This document shows positions 40,947 through 50,326 of a DNA stretch of 64,000 nucleotides, piece by piece. Position 1 is the first letter of the stretch; the number at the start of each line of letters is the position of its first letter. The notes beneath the pieces are model-generated. The model saw only the letters and a program-made list of their open reading frames with translations. It did not search any database and was not told the DNA's origin. The stretch comes from Thermoleophilaceae bacterium (lineage in GTDB: Bacteria > Actinomycetota > Thermoleophilia > Solirubrobacterales > Thermoleophilaceae): NCBI GenBank assembly GCA_040901445.1, contig JBBDYQ010000004.1, positions 133,246 through 197,245 of the forward strand, written 5' to 3'. The position numbers were made by a program, and so were the translations under genes.

Positions 40947-42908
40947 ATGGCCGACAACCTCACCCGCAAGATCCTGCGCGAGCACCTCGTCGAGGGCGAG
41001 CTGAAGCCGGGCGAGCCAATCGCCCTGCGCATCGACCAGACGCTGCTGCAGGACGCCACGGGCACGATGGCCTTCATGCAGTTCGAGCAACTGGGGGTGG
41101 AGCGCGTCGCAGTGTCGCGCGCCGTGCAGTACGTGGACCACAACGTCGTCCAGCTCGACTTCAAGAACCCCGACGACCACCGCATGCTGCAGGCGTACGC
41201 GCGCAAGTACGGGGCGCACTTCTCGCGCGCGGGCAACGGCATCAGCCACTACATCTCGCTCGAGCGCTTCGCCAAGCCGGGCGACATCATGGTGGGCGCC
41301 GACTCGCACACCACCACCAGCGGGGCGCTCGGCATGATCGCCATCGGCGCCGGCGGCCTGGACGTGGCGGTGGCGATGGGCGGCTACCCCTACGAGATCG
41401 CCTGCCCGCAGGTGGTGGAGGTGCATCTCGAGGGCACGCTCGCCCGTCCCTGGGTCCAGTCCAAGGACGTGATCCTCGAGCTGCTGCGGCGCCTGTCCAC
41501 CAGCGGCGGCAAGAACAAGGTGTTCGAGTTCACCGGCCCCGGGACGGCCGACCTGAGCATCCCCGAGCGGGGCACGATCGCGAACATGATCGCCGAGCTG
41601 GGCGCCACCTCCGCGGTCTTCGCACCCGACGAGCGCACGCGCGAGTGGCTGCGCTCGCAGCGCCGCGAGGACGACTTCAGCGAGATCGGCCCCGACGATG
41701 GGGCGGAGTACGACGAGCGGGTGGAGATCGACCTCGCGCAGCTCGGTCCGTTGGTGGCCAAGCCCAGCAATCCGGACAACGTCGTGGGTGTGGAGGAGCT
41801 GGCCGGCACGCCGGTGGAGCAGGTCTGCATGGGCTCGTCGGTGAACTCCGGCTTCGCCGACCTCGCCCTGCCCGGAGCGGTGCTGGCCGACCGGGGCGGC
41901 CAGATCGTGCATCCGAGCGTCACCGCCACCGCCACGCCCGGCTCGCGTCAGATCCTCGCCGCCCTCGCCGAGTCGGGCGTCTACCGCCAGCTCTCCGACG
42001 GCGGCGTGCGCATGCTCGAGCCCGTGTGCGGGCCGTGCGTTGGGATGGGGCAGGCCCCACCGTCTGACGCCAACTCCCTGCGCACCTTCAACCGCAACTT
42101 CCCCGGGCGCTCGGGCACGCCCGAGGACTCCGTGTACCTGTGCTCCCCGGCGGTGGCGGCGGTGGCCATGCTCAACGGCCGGATCGAGGACCCGCGCGGG
42201 TACGGCGAGCCACCGGAGATGCTGGCTGCCCCCGAGCTCGCGCCCTACGTCGACGACGTGCACATCTTCGGGCCGGCGGAGCCTGAGGAGGCGGCTGCCA
42301 TCGAGATCCCGCGCGGCCCCAACATCAAGACGCCGCCCGACCACCGTCCGCTCGACGCCGAGGTGAGCGCGCGCGTGGCCACGGTGCAGCCCGACAACAT
42401 CTCCACGGGCGACCTCGCCCCGGACGGCGTCGAGGTCATGGCCTACCGCTCGAACATCCCAGCGATCGCCGAGTTCACCTTCCGCCACCGCGATCCCGGC
42501 TTCCGCAAGCGGATGCAGGAGTGGGGGAGCGGCATCATCGTCGGCGGCCACAACTACGGCCAGGGCTCCTCGCGCGAGCACGCGGCCATTGCGCCTCTCC
42601 ATCTGGGCGTGCGCGCGGTGATCGCCAAGTCGTTCGCGCGCATACATCGCCGCAACCTCGTGGCGCAGGGAATCCTCGCGCTCACGTTCGCGGACGAGGA
42701 CGACTACGGCCGCGCCGAGGTGGGCCAGACCTGGACGCTCCCGCGCGTGCGGGAGGAGCTCCAGTCGGGTGCGGACACGGTCACGGCGCGCATCGAGGAG
42801 AGCGGCCACGAGCTCGCGCTCGAGCACGACCTCGCGCCCAAGGAGCGCGAGGTGCTGGTTCATGGCGGGCTGCTCGAGTACCTCCGCCAGGCGGGTCAGC
42901 GGGTGTGA
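40947..42908 (+). CDS. Second aconitase-family hydratase (about 650 aa, single-chain)
   Basis: ATG 40947 within ORF 40467..42908. IDQTLLQDATG, GADSHTTT, CGPCVGMG, GGHNYGQGSSREHAA. Confidence 0.8.
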   Translation: MADNLTRKILREHLVEGELKPGEPIALRIDQTLLQDATGTMAFMQFEQLGVERVAVSRAVQYVDHNVVQLDFKNPDDHRMLQAYARKYGAHFSRAGNGISHYISLERFAKPGDIMVGADSHTTTSGALGMIAIGAGGLDVAVAMGGYPYEIACPQVVEVHLEGTLARPWVQSKDVILELLRRLSTSGGKNKVFEFTGPGTADLSIPERGTIANMIAELGATSAVFAPDERTREWLRSQRREDDFSEIGPDDGAEYDERVEIDLAQLGPLVAKPSNPDNVVGVEELAGTPVEQVCMGSSVNSGFADLALPGAVLADRGGQIVHPSVTATATPGSRQILAALAESGVYRQLSDGGVRMLEPVCGPCVGMGQAPPSDANSLRTFNRNFPGRSGTPEDSVYLCSPAVAAVAMLNGRIEDPRGYGEPPEMLAAPELAPYVDDVHIFGPAEPEEAAAIEIPRGPNIKTPPDHRPLDAEVSARVATVQPDNISTGDLAPDGVEVMAYRSNIPAIAEFTFRHRDPGFRKRMQEWGSGIIVGGHNYGQGSSREHAAIAPLHLGVRAVIAKSFARIHRRNLVAQGILALTFADEDDYGRAEVGQTWTLPRVREELQSGADTVTARIEESGHELALEHDLAPKEREVLVHGGLLEYLRQAGQRV

Positions 42909-43002
42909 GGGTGACGTTGCAGCACCCGGAATAGGTCGCAACCCTGGGCCCTGCTCGTGTTGCAGGGGAAGGAACAGGCAAGCGATCAGGAGGTTCAAGA
43001 CG

Positions 43003-43752
43003 ATGCGACGCCTTCGGGAGTCCTTCGCCGGGGCGGGTCAGGGGAAGTGGGTCTTCCTCTCCGCGCTGGCACTCGCAGTGGTATCCGCGCCGTTCGCGGT
43101 GGCGGCGGACGGGGATCCGGTCCGCGCCGGTGGACGCACCACGTTCACCGACATCACCAGGATCCTCGGCAACTCGACGGGATACGCCACCCAGCAGTCC
43201 AACCTGCAGCAGGGTGACGGCGGCGCGGCGCGCTACGGCTGTCGCAGCGCAGCGGGCAACGAGTTCTGCCTGCTGTCCAAGAACGTGGGCGGCAGCGGCG
43301 CCTTCCGCTTCGTGGCGCAGAACAGCGTGATCGGCGGCGTGATCGACGTGGATCCGCCGGCCGGGCAGACCGCGCGCAACGCCAGGCCGTTCACGACCAA
43401 CGCCACGGGTGTGGCCACCGGCCTCAACGCCGACGAGGTCGACGGCCTCGACGCGGACGACATCCGCGCGCGCTTCGCGCGCGTGAACGGCGACGGCGCT
43501 CTCGTGAACGGGCGTGGCCCGAGCGCGACGGCGAAGACCGCTGACGGCACCTACACCGTGACGTTCGCGCAGGAGATCACCAACTGCGCCCTGCAGGCCA
43601 CCCCGGCCACGAACACCGACGCCGGCCCCGTGAGCGCGGAGCAGACCTCGGCCACGGTGGCGACCGTGGTCACACGTGACGCGGGAGACGCGGCGGGGGA
43701 AGTCGACCCGGCGCCCGCGGACAGGCCGTTCAGCCTGACCGTCACCTGCTGA
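43003..43752 (+). CDS. Secreted hypothetical protein
   Basis: ATG 43003 after AGGAGG within ORF 42769..43752. Signal peptide WVFLSALALAVVSAPFAVAA. Confidence 0.6.
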   Translation: MRRLRESFAGAGQGKWVFLSALALAVVSAPFAVAADGDPVRAGGRTTFTDITRILGNSTGYATQQSNLQQGDGGAARYGCRSAAGNEFCLLSKNVGGSGAFRFVAQNSVIGGVIDVDPPAGQTARNARPFTTNATGVATGLNADEVDGLDADDIRARFARVNGDGALVNGRGPSATAKTADGTYTVTFAQEITNCALQATPATNTDAGPVSAEQTSATVATVVTRDAGDAAGEVDPAPADRPFSLTVTC

Positions 43753-43783
43753 GCAGCCGCACCGAGAAAACACACGACGTACG

Positions 43784-43809
43784 CGAGGGGCGCCCACCGG
43801 CGCCCCTCG
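43784..43809 (+). terminator. GC hairpin (11-bp stem, 4-nt loop)
   Basis: CGAGGGGCGCC-CACC-GGCGCCCCTCG, 32 nt after stop 43752. Confidence 0.55.
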
Positions 43810-43840
43810 TCCGTCCGGGACCGCGCTGGCCACCCCAACA

Positions 43841-43893
43841 AACCGAACGTCCCGCGTCCCCTCCCTGGACGGGGGGTTCCGGGACGTTCGGTT
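43841..43893. repeat. REP-like hairpin, copy B (AACCGAACGTCCCG - 25 nt - CGGGACGTTCGGTT)
   Basis: 14-bp perfect stem. Shares GAACGTCCCGC and TCCGGGACGTTCG with 2649..2692. Confidence 0.5.
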
Positions 43894-43901
43894 GCGGCGG
43901 C

Positions 43902-43929
43902 TAGAACAATGTTCTAGAATATTGTTCTA
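43902..43929. promoter_or_regulatory. Tandem AT-rich palindromes (probable TetR operator) overlapping a TAGAAT -10
   Basis: TAGAACA-A-TGTTCTA (perfect) overlaps TAGAATA-T-TGTTCTA (6/7). TAGAAT ends 12 nt before ATG 43933. Confidence 0.55.
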
Positions 43930-43932
43930 CCC

Positions 43933-44541
43933 ATGGCCACCGTCACCCGCGCATCTGCCACCGCCGGCCGCCGCGATGCGATCTTGCGCGCGGCGCTGCA
44001 GTGCTTCACCGAGCGCGGGTACGGGGCCACCACTATGGCGCAGGTGGGGCGGCGCTCGGGCGCCAGCATCGGCAGCATGTACCACCACTTCGGCGGCAAG
44101 GAGCAGCTGGCCGCGGCGCTCTACGTGGAGGGCATGCACGACTACCAGCGGGGGGCGGCAGCGGCACTCGCACAGTCCCCCGGCGCAGAGGGGGGAGTGC
44201 GCGCGCTCGTGCGCCACCACGTGGCCTGGGTGGTCGAGGACCCGCGCCGCGCCCGCTTCCTGCTCGGCTCCCGCCCGGCGGAGGTGGCGGAGGCCACGGC
44301 CGGCCCGCTGCGCGGCATGAACCGGGCCTTCTTCCGCGCCGTGCGCGCGTGGCTCGATCCTCACGTGGAGTCCGGCCGCATCCGCGGGCTCCCCTTCGAA
44401 GTGCACTACGCCGTGCTGCTGGGGCCCAGCCAGGAGCTCGCGCGCCTCTGGCTGGCGGGCCGCACGGACACCGACCCCGAGAGCGCGGCCGAGCACCTGG
44501 CCCGCGCCGCCTGGAACGCCGTGAAAGGAGACGCACCATGA
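43933..44541 (+). CDS. TetR-family transcriptional regulator
   Basis: RRDAILRAALQCFTERGYGATTMAQVGRRSGASIGSMYHHFGGKEQL. Confidence 0.9.
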   Translation: MATVTRASATAGRRDAILRAALQCFTERGYGATTMAQVGRRSGASIGSMYHHFGGKEQLAAALYVEGMHDYQRGAAAALAQSPGAEGGVRALVRHHVAWVVEDPRRARFLLGSRPAEVAEATAGPLRGMNRAFFRAVRAWLDPHVESGRIRGLPFEVHYAVLLGPSQELARLWLAGRTDTDPESAAEHLARAAWNAVKGDAP

Positions 44542-45362
44542 TCACCACCTACGAGGACCTGGTCGCGGCAGCGCTCGACCACGACGAGCGCCTGGTGCTG
44601 GTGGAGCGCGACGGCGCCCGGGCCACGGTGCGCATGCACGAGCCCGAGCGGCTCAACGTCCTGAGTGCCGCGCTCACCGTGCAGCTCCACGACGCGCTGC
44701 GCGAGCTGGCCGCCGACCCCGCCGTCCGCACCATCGTCCTCACGGGCAGCGACCCGGGTTTCTCCGCGGGTGGCGACCTGCGCCTGATGACCGACGCCGC
44801 CCATCCCATCGCCGACGAGGGCGAGGAGGGCGTCGCCGACCTGTGGCGCTGGATCCGCGGCCAGTTCGGCGGCGTGGCGCGGCTCATCGCGCGCACCGAC
44901 AAGGCGTTCATCGCCGCCGTCAACGGTCCCGCGGCCGGCGTGGGCCTGGCCTTCGCTCTCACCTGCGACCTCATCCTGCTCTCCGACCGCGCCCGCATCG
45001 TGCCCGCCTTCGGGAAGATCGGGCTGCTGCCGGAGGTGGGCACGAGCTGGGCGCTCACCCGCCGGCTGGGCTACCAGCGCACGTTCGAGCTGTTCGCGGG
45101 CGGTCGCGTGCTGTCCGGCGAGGAGGCCTACGAGCTGGGGATCGGAAACGCGCTCATGGCACACGACGAGCTGATGGGCGCGGTGGACGAGTGGTGCGAG
45201 CGCATCCAGCAGCTCCCCGCACACGTGCTGGCGATGATGAAGCCGCTGCTGCGCCATGCCGCGGACCTCACCTGGGAGCAGGCCATCGCGATGGAGGAGT
45301 TCGCCGAGCCGATCGCCTTCACAACGCGCGCCCACCGCGACGGGGTGGCCGCGATGCTCTGA
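44538..45362 (+). CDS. Enoyl-CoA hydratase/isomerase family protein
   Basis: ATGA overlap with the TetR gene. VLTGSDPGFSAGGDL, AAVNGPAAGVGLAFALTCD. Confidence 0.85.
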   Translation: MITTYEDLVAAALDHDERLVLVERDGARATVRMHEPERLNVLSAALTVQLHDALRELAADPAVRTIVLTGSDPGFSAGGDLRLMTDAAHPIADEGEEGVADLWRWIRGQFGGVARLIARTDKAFIAAVNGPAAGVGLAFALTCDLILLSDRARIVPAFGKIGLLPEVGTSWALTRRLGYQRTFELFAGGRVLSGEEAYELGIGNALMAHDELMGAVDEWCERIQQLPAHVLAMMKPLLRHAADLTWEQAIAMEEFAEPIAFTTRAHRDGVAAML

Positions 45363-45374
45363 GCATCGAGACTG

Positions 45375-45722
45375 TCATTCTCCAGCTGTATCGGGGTCGA
45401 TGACACTCTCGCGGTTCTGGCGCAGGCGCTCCTCCACCGAGCGCACCTTGTCCTCGAGCGTCTGGTCGGGCCGGTCGCGGCGCTCGTCCAGCTTCAGCAC
45501 CGTGTAGACGCGCGGGATGCCCTGCTCGAAGGGCACGGCATGCAGCTCGGCCACCAGCGCCAGGATGTCCTCGGTGCTGCCTTCCAGCGAGGTGCCCATG
45601 GCGTGCAGGCGGTAGCGCACGCGGTCCTGGGCCGCCAGCCGCCGCTGGATCTCGGCGATGTACTCGCTGGCGCTCGGCCCGGCGCGGCCGAGGGCGATGA
45701 CGGTGAGGTCGGCGGTGGCCAT
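45375..45722 (-). CDS. MTH1187/YkoF-like (DUF77) protein
   Basis: ATG 45722 within ORF 45375..46004. ..YRLHAMGTSLEG..ILALV.. pattern. ATGA overlap with the upstream gene. Confidence 0.65.
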   Translation of the reverse strand: MATADLTVIALGRAGPSASEYIAEIQRRLAAQDRVRYRLHAMGTSLEGSTEDILALVAELHAVPFEQGIPRVYTVLKLDERRDRPDQTLEDKVRSVEERLRQNRESVIDPDTAGE

Positions 45723-47143
45723 CAGCCCTCGCGCGCGAGTCGTCGCAACAGCGGCGCCGCGCGGTAGCGCTCCTCGCGGCGCTCCTCCCACAGCCGGTCG
45801 ATCGTGGCGAGCACGCTCGCGAACCCGATCGCCTCCCCCCAGGCCATCGGGCCGCGCGGGTGGTTGAGGCCCAGCGTCATGCCCGCGTCGACGTCCTCGG
45901 GGGAGCCCACGCCCTCTCCGATGGCGAAGCATGCCTCGTTCACGAGCTGGCAGACGATGCGCGCGAGGACCAATCCCGGAGCATCGTCCTCCACCCACTC
46001 GCAAACGAAGCCGAGAGAGGTGAAGAGGCGCTCGCGGAGGTCGTCGCGTTCGCCGCCGAGCTCCACGAGCCGCGGCTCGGGGGGGAGCACGGAGAAGCCC
46101 TCGATCGGTGCGCCCTCGAGCGAGACCGCGCCGGGACCGCCGTCGCCCGACACGGCGTATCCGGCCGCCTCCGCGCGGGCGCGCAGCAGCTCCGGCACAG
46201 GCCCTTCTCCTCCGATGGCGAGTGCCCGGCCATCACCGCCGCCGGGCGCGGGCGGCTCGGGGTCGTCGGGACGATGCGGGCCGTCCCCGTACTCGTACCA
46301 GCCGCGCCCGGCCTTGCGGCCCAGCCGCCCCGCGGCCACCATCCGCGCCTGCAGCGGGCTGGGCTTCCAGCGCGGCTCGCCGAACGAGAGCTCGGTGAAC
46401 GACTTGGCCACCTCGAAGCCCACGTCGATCCCCACCAGGTCCATCAGCTCGAACGGCCCCATGCGGAAGCCGCCGCCCAGCCGGCAGATGCGATCCACCT
46501 GCTCGGGCGTGGCCACGCGTTCCTGCACGAGCCGCAGCGCCTCGGCGCCGAACGGCCGCCCGCAGCGGTTCACCAGGAAACCCGGTCCGTCGCTCGCGCG
46601 GATGACCCGCTTGCCCATCGCCTCGCCGGTGGCGGTGGCCAGCGCCAGCGCCCGTTCGGAGCTCTGCTCGGCCGCGATGACCTCCACGAGCCTCATGAGC
46701 GGCGCCGGGTTGAAGAAGTGCATGCCCACCACGTGCTCGGGCCGGGCGGCGGCCGAGGCGAGCGACGTCACGGGTATCGAGGAGGTGTTCGTGGCATACA
46801 CGGCGTCGGGCCCGCAGACCTCCGACAGGGAGGCGAACAGCTCGCGCTTGAGGCCGGGGCGCTCGGGCGCGGCCTCGATCACGAGGTCGCAGCCCGCGAG
46901 GCCGCCGAGCTCGCCGGCGGTCTCGAGGCGCCCCGCCGCCGCGGCGGCGTCCGCCTCGCTCCAGCGGCCACGCTCGGCGCCCTTGACGAGTCCGCGCCGC
47001 AGTCCCTCGGCGCCGCGCTCGAGCGCCTCGGGCAGCGGATCGTGGAGCACCGTGGCGATGCCGGCCAGGCAGCCGAGCTGCGCGATCCCCGATCCCATGG
47101 TGCCGGCACCGACGACGCCCAGCCGCTGCGGCAGCTCACTCAC
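45722..47143 (-). CDS. 3-hydroxyacyl-CoA dehydrogenase (long form)
   Basis: GTG 47143 within ORF 45722..48433. LGVVGAGTMGSGIAQ, ATNTSS, GMHFFNPAP, GPGFLVNR. Confidence 0.85.
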   Translation of the reverse strand: MSELPQRLGVVGAGTMGSGIAQLGCLAGIATVLHDPLPEALERGAEGLRRGLVKGAERGRWSEADAAAAAGRLETAGELGGLAGCDLVIEAAPERPGLKRELFASLSEVCGPDAVYATNTSSIPVTSLASAAARPEHVVGMHFFNPAPLMRLVEVIAAEQSSERALALATATGEAMGKRVIRASDGPGFLVNRCGRPFGAEALRLVQERVATPEQVDRICRLGGGFRMGPFELMDLVGIDVGFEVAKSFTELSFGEPRWKPSPLQARMVAAGRLGRKAGRGWYEYGDGPHRPDDPEPPAPGGGDGRALAIGGEGPVPELLRARAEAAGYAVSGDGGPGAVSLEGAPIEGFSVLPPEPRLVELGGERDDLRERLFTSLGFVCEWVEDDAPGLVLARIVCQLVNEACFAIGEGVGSPEDVDAGMTLGLNHPRGPMAWGEAIGFASVLATIDRLWEERREERYRAAPLLRRLAREG

Positions 47144-47167
47144 GGGCCGGGACGTTATCGTCGCGGC

Positions 47168-47806
47168 GTGCTCCAGCCCGACGAGCAACTCGATCGGATC
47201 GCCGAGTACGCGGACTCCTCCGTCCGCGTACTCCACCGCCAGGGCTCGCTCATCGGGGTCCCCGGCAGCTATGGGCTCAAGCGCCGCCTCTACTCGCGCT
47301 GGGGCAACCGCGGCAACGCGGTCTACACGTTCATCGGCTCGCTGCTGGCCATGGCGGTCGCCGGCCTGGCGGCGTGGGGGTTCGAGGAGCCGCTGCTGTT
47401 CCCGAGTCTCGGCGCCACCGCGTTCCTGATCTTCGAGACGCCCACGGCCGAGGTGGGCACCCCGCGCAACACCGTCATCGGCCATGGCGTGGGGATCGCG
47501 TGCGCGGTGCTCTCGCTCGCCCTGTTCGGCCTGCTCGGCGACCCTAGCGCGTTCGACGAGGGGGTCACCTTCGCCCGCGCGCTGGCGGTGGCCCTGTCGG
47601 TGGCGCTCACGGGCGGCGTGCTGCGGCTGGTCCGCGCCGCCCATCCCCCGGCGGGCGCGACCACCATCATCGTCAGCTCCGGCCTGCTGGCCGACGGCGG
47701 CCAGGTGCTCGCGGTGGCCGTGGGCGTCCTTCTCGTAACCCTGGCCGGATGGCTGCTCAACCGGGCGCTCGGCGTGCCGGCGCCGAGGTGGGCGGCGCCG
47801 CGCTAG
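47168..47806 (+). CDS. HPP-family membrane protein
   Basis: Tail of ORF 45860..47806. Hydrophobic, AAHPPAGATTIIV motif. The start (GTG 47168 or ATG about 47350) is uncertain. Confidence 0.55.
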   Translation: MLQPDEQLDRIAEYADSSVRVLHRQGSLIGVPGSYGLKRRLYSRWGNRGNAVYTFIGSLLAMAVAGLAAWGFEEPLLFPSLGATAFLIFETPTAEVGTPRNTVIGHGVGIACAVLSLALFGLLGDPSAFDEGVTFARALAVALSVALTGGVLRLVRAAHPPAGATTIIVSSGLLADGGQVLAVAVGVLLVTLAGWLLNRALGVPAPRWAAPR

Positions 47807-48579
47807 CGGCCCTCGAAGCGCGGGTCGCGCTTCTCGATGAACGCCGTCATGCCCTCGACCCGGTCCTCGGTGGCCATCGAGAGCTCGTACAGGCGCCGCT
47901 CCTGCGCGAGGCCCGCCGTCATCGCCGTCTCGTCGGCGGCGAGCACGGCCTGCTTGCCCAGCCGCACCGCGACCGGCGGGCGGCGAGCCACCACGCGGCC
48001 CAGCTCGAGCGCTCCCGCCAGCCACTCGCCGGCCTTCGCCACCTGGTTCACGATCCCCAGCCCGTGCGCCTCGGCGGCGCTCACCCGGCGGCCGGTGAGC
48101 ACCAGCTCCATCGCACGCTGCTTGCCCATCACCCGCGTCAGCCGCTGCGTCGCCCCGCCCCCGGGGATAATGCCCAGCATGATCTCGGGCTGGCCGACCT
48201 CCGCGCCCTCGGCCGCGACGATCATGTCGCACAGCAGCGCCAGCTCGCAGCCGCCGCCCAGCGCGTAGCCGGACACGGCCGCCACCAGCGGCGTGCGGCA
48301 GGAGGCCAGCCGTGGCCAGAAGCGTGCGGTGGGGGTGGAGAGCGCCTCGGCGAAGGTGCGGTCGCGCATGGCCTTGATGTCGGCGCCCGCGGCGAACCAG
48401 TCCTCCCCGCCGGCGATCACGATGCAGCGGCACTTGGGCTCTGAGTCCCAGGCCTCCACCACCGCCGCGAGCTCCTCCATGAGCTCGGGGGAGAGGGCAT
48501 TGCGCGCGTCGGGGCGGTTGAGCCGGGCCAGGGCGACGCCGTCGGCGCCAAGCTCGGCGAGCACGAGCGGCTCGCTCAT
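47803..48579 (-). CDS. Enoyl-CoA hydratase
   Basis: LNRPDARNAL, IAGGEDWFAAGADI, AAVSGYALGGGCELALLCD. ATGA overlap with the acyl-CoA dehydrogenase gene. Confidence 0.85.
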   Translation of the reverse strand: MSEPLVLAELGADGVALARLNRPDARNALSPELMEELAAVVEAWDSEPKCRCIVIAGGEDWFAAGADIKAMRDRTFAEALSTPTARFWPRLASCRTPLVAAVSGYALGGGCELALLCDMIVAAEGAEVGQPEIMLGIIPGGGATQRLTRVMGKQRAMELVLTGRRVSAAEAHGLGIVNQVAKAGEWLAGALELGRVVARRPPVAVRLGKQAVLAADETAMTAGLAQERRLYELSMATEDRVEGMTAFIEKRDPRFEGR

Positions 48580-49736
48580 CACACCATCGCGTTGATGCCG
48601 GTGGCCGCGCGCCCGATGATGAGCTTCTGGATCTGCGACGTGCCCTCGTACAGGGTCGTCACGCGCGCGTCACGCAGGTAGCGCTCCACCGGGTAGTCGT
48701 CCACGTAGCCCGAGCCGCCGTGCACCTGGATCGCGGTGTTCGAGCAGGCCACGGCAGCCTCGGTGGCGTAGAGCTTCGCGATCGATGTCTCGGTGGTGTT
48801 GGGCTGCTTCGTGTCCTTCAGCCAGCCGGCGCGCCAGACGAGCGCCCGCGAAGCCTCGGTCTGCACCACCATGTCGGCGATCATCTCCTGGACGAGCTGG
48901 AAGGAGGCGATCGGCTTGCCGAACTGCACCCGCTCCTTGGAGTAGCTCACCGACGCGTCCACACAGCCCTTGCAGATGCCCACGCAGCCGGACGCCACGC
49001 TGAAGCGCCCCGAGTCCAGTGCCGACATCGCGACCTTGAAGCCGTCGCCCACCTTGCCGAGCATGGCCTCCTCGGGAACCTCCACGCCGTCGAGCGAGAG
49101 CTCGGCCGTGTCGGACGCCCGCAGCCCGAGCTTGCCGTGGATGGAGCTGGCGGAGAAGCCGTCGGACTCGGTGGGGACGAGGAAGCACGCCAGCCCGCGG
49201 TGGGCCAGCTCCGGGTCGGTCTGGGCGAAGACCATCGCGAGCTGGGCGTAGTTGCCCATCGAGATCCACTGCTTGCCGCCGCTGATCTTCCAGCCGCCGT
49301 CGACCTTCGTCGCGCGCGTGGCGAGGTTGGCGGCGTCCGAGCCGGTGTCGGGCTCGGTGAGCCCGAAGCAGCCCAGCGCCTCGCCCGAGCAGAGCTTGGG
49401 CAGCCACTCGTGCTTCTGCTCCTCGGTGCCCCAGCGCTCGATCGAGGAGCACACGAGCGAGGTCTGCACCGACACGACGGTGCGCGCGGAGGAGTCGCCG
49501 CGCCCGATCTCCTCCACGATGATCCCGTAGGTTCGGTAGTCCAGCCCGCGCCCCCCGTACTCCTCGGCGACGATCGCCCCGAGGTAGCCCATGTCGGCGA
49601 TCTTCTTCACGAGCTCGGTGTCGAAGCGCTCGTTGCGGTCGTTGTCCCGCGCGACGGGCACGATCTCGTTGTCGGTGAAGTCGCGGGCGGTCTCGCGGAT
49701 GAGGCGCTGCTCGTCGGTCAGCTCGAAGTCGATCAT
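48579..49736 (-). CDS. Acyl-CoA dehydrogenase
   Basis: ATG 49736 within ORF 48579..50054. MIDFELTDEQ.., GLTEPDTGSDA, QVHGGSGYVDDYPVERYLRDARV..IYEGTSQIQ. Confidence 0.9.
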   Translation of the reverse strand: MIDFELTDEQRLIRETARDFTDNEIVPVARDNDRNERFDTELVKKIADMGYLGAIVAEEYGGRGLDYRTYGIIVEEIGRGDSSARTVVSVQTSLVCSSIERWGTEEQKHEWLPKLCSGEALGCFGLTEPDTGSDAANLATRATKVDGGWKISGGKQWISMGNYAQLAMVFAQTDPELAHRGLACFLVPTESDGFSASSIHGKLGLRASDTAELSLDGVEVPEEAMLGKVGDGFKVAMSALDSGRFSVASGCVGICKGCVDASVSYSKERVQFGKPIASFQLVQEMIADMVVQTEASRALVWRAGWLKDTKQPNTTETSIAKLYATEAAVACSNTAIQVHGGSGYVDDYPVERYLRDARVTTLYEGTSQIQKLIIGRAATGINAMV

Positions 49737-49811
49737 CGGCGGCAATCTATCGCGCAAACTTTTGACCGGCTGCCGCGTTGTTGAAGTAGGAACCAAGGAA
49801 GGGGACTCGAC

Positions 49812-49988
49812 ATGGCTGACCGACTGACGATCATGGCTGGGGTGTGGGACCGCCTCGTGGAGGAGTGGAACGCGGGCAACGTGGAGAAGGCACGGAGCCT
49901 GGAGCGCTTCTACACGGCGCTCGAGGCGCGCTTCGCGGGGGAGGGCACCCGGCGGCCGCGGGCCGCCGCGCCGGACGGCGAGCGCTAG
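49812..49988 (+). CDS. Unlisted small ORF (58 aa)
   Basis: ATG 49812 follows AAGGAAGGGG. MADRLTIMAGVWDRLVEEWNAGNVEKARSLERFYTALEARFAGEG... High GC3. Below the 60-aa cut-off of the track. Confidence 0.35.
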   Translation: MADRLTIMAGVWDRLVEEWNAGNVEKARSLERFYTALEARFAGEGTRRPRAAAPDGER

Positions 49989-50014
49989 CAGCTTCCGGCT
50001 GTCAGACTGGCCCG

Positions 50015-50326
50015 ATGGAGTTCGGGCTGATCGTGATACTCGGACTTGCGGCACTCGTGGGGATGCTGCTCCTGATCGGGAAGTACTACCCGGGCAGCGG
50101 CGCGGACGTACTGGACTGGAAGCCCACCCGCTCGTACGAGGACGAGGTGCGCCTCGAGCTCGAGGACATCGACCAGATGCTCGAGGCGCAGAACGAGCGC
50201 CGCCGCAGCAGCGGGCGAGCCGAGATCTCGGAGGACGACGTGCGGGCCGAGGTTCAGGCCGACGACGCGGCCCTGCGCGAGCGCGCCGCCCGCTACGAGG
50301 CCGAGCGCGAGCGCCCCGAGCGCTAG
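50015..50326 (+). CDS. Small N-terminally anchored membrane protein with a charged tail
   Basis: ATG 50015 within ORF 49844..50326. MEFGLIVILGLAALVGMLLLIG followed by an acidic/basic helix. Confidence 0.5.
   Translation: MEFGLIVILGLAALVGMLLLIGKYYPGSGADVLDWKPTRSYEDEVRLELEDIDQMLEAQNERRRSSGRAEISEDDVRAEVQADDAALRERAARYEAERERPER

Noticed and set aside
43902-43916. GAACAATGTTC in the TetR operator as a possible LexA box.
   Set aside because: The spacer is 3 nt rather than 4, and the flanks are TA rather than C/G. Its position directly at the TetR promoter explains it better.
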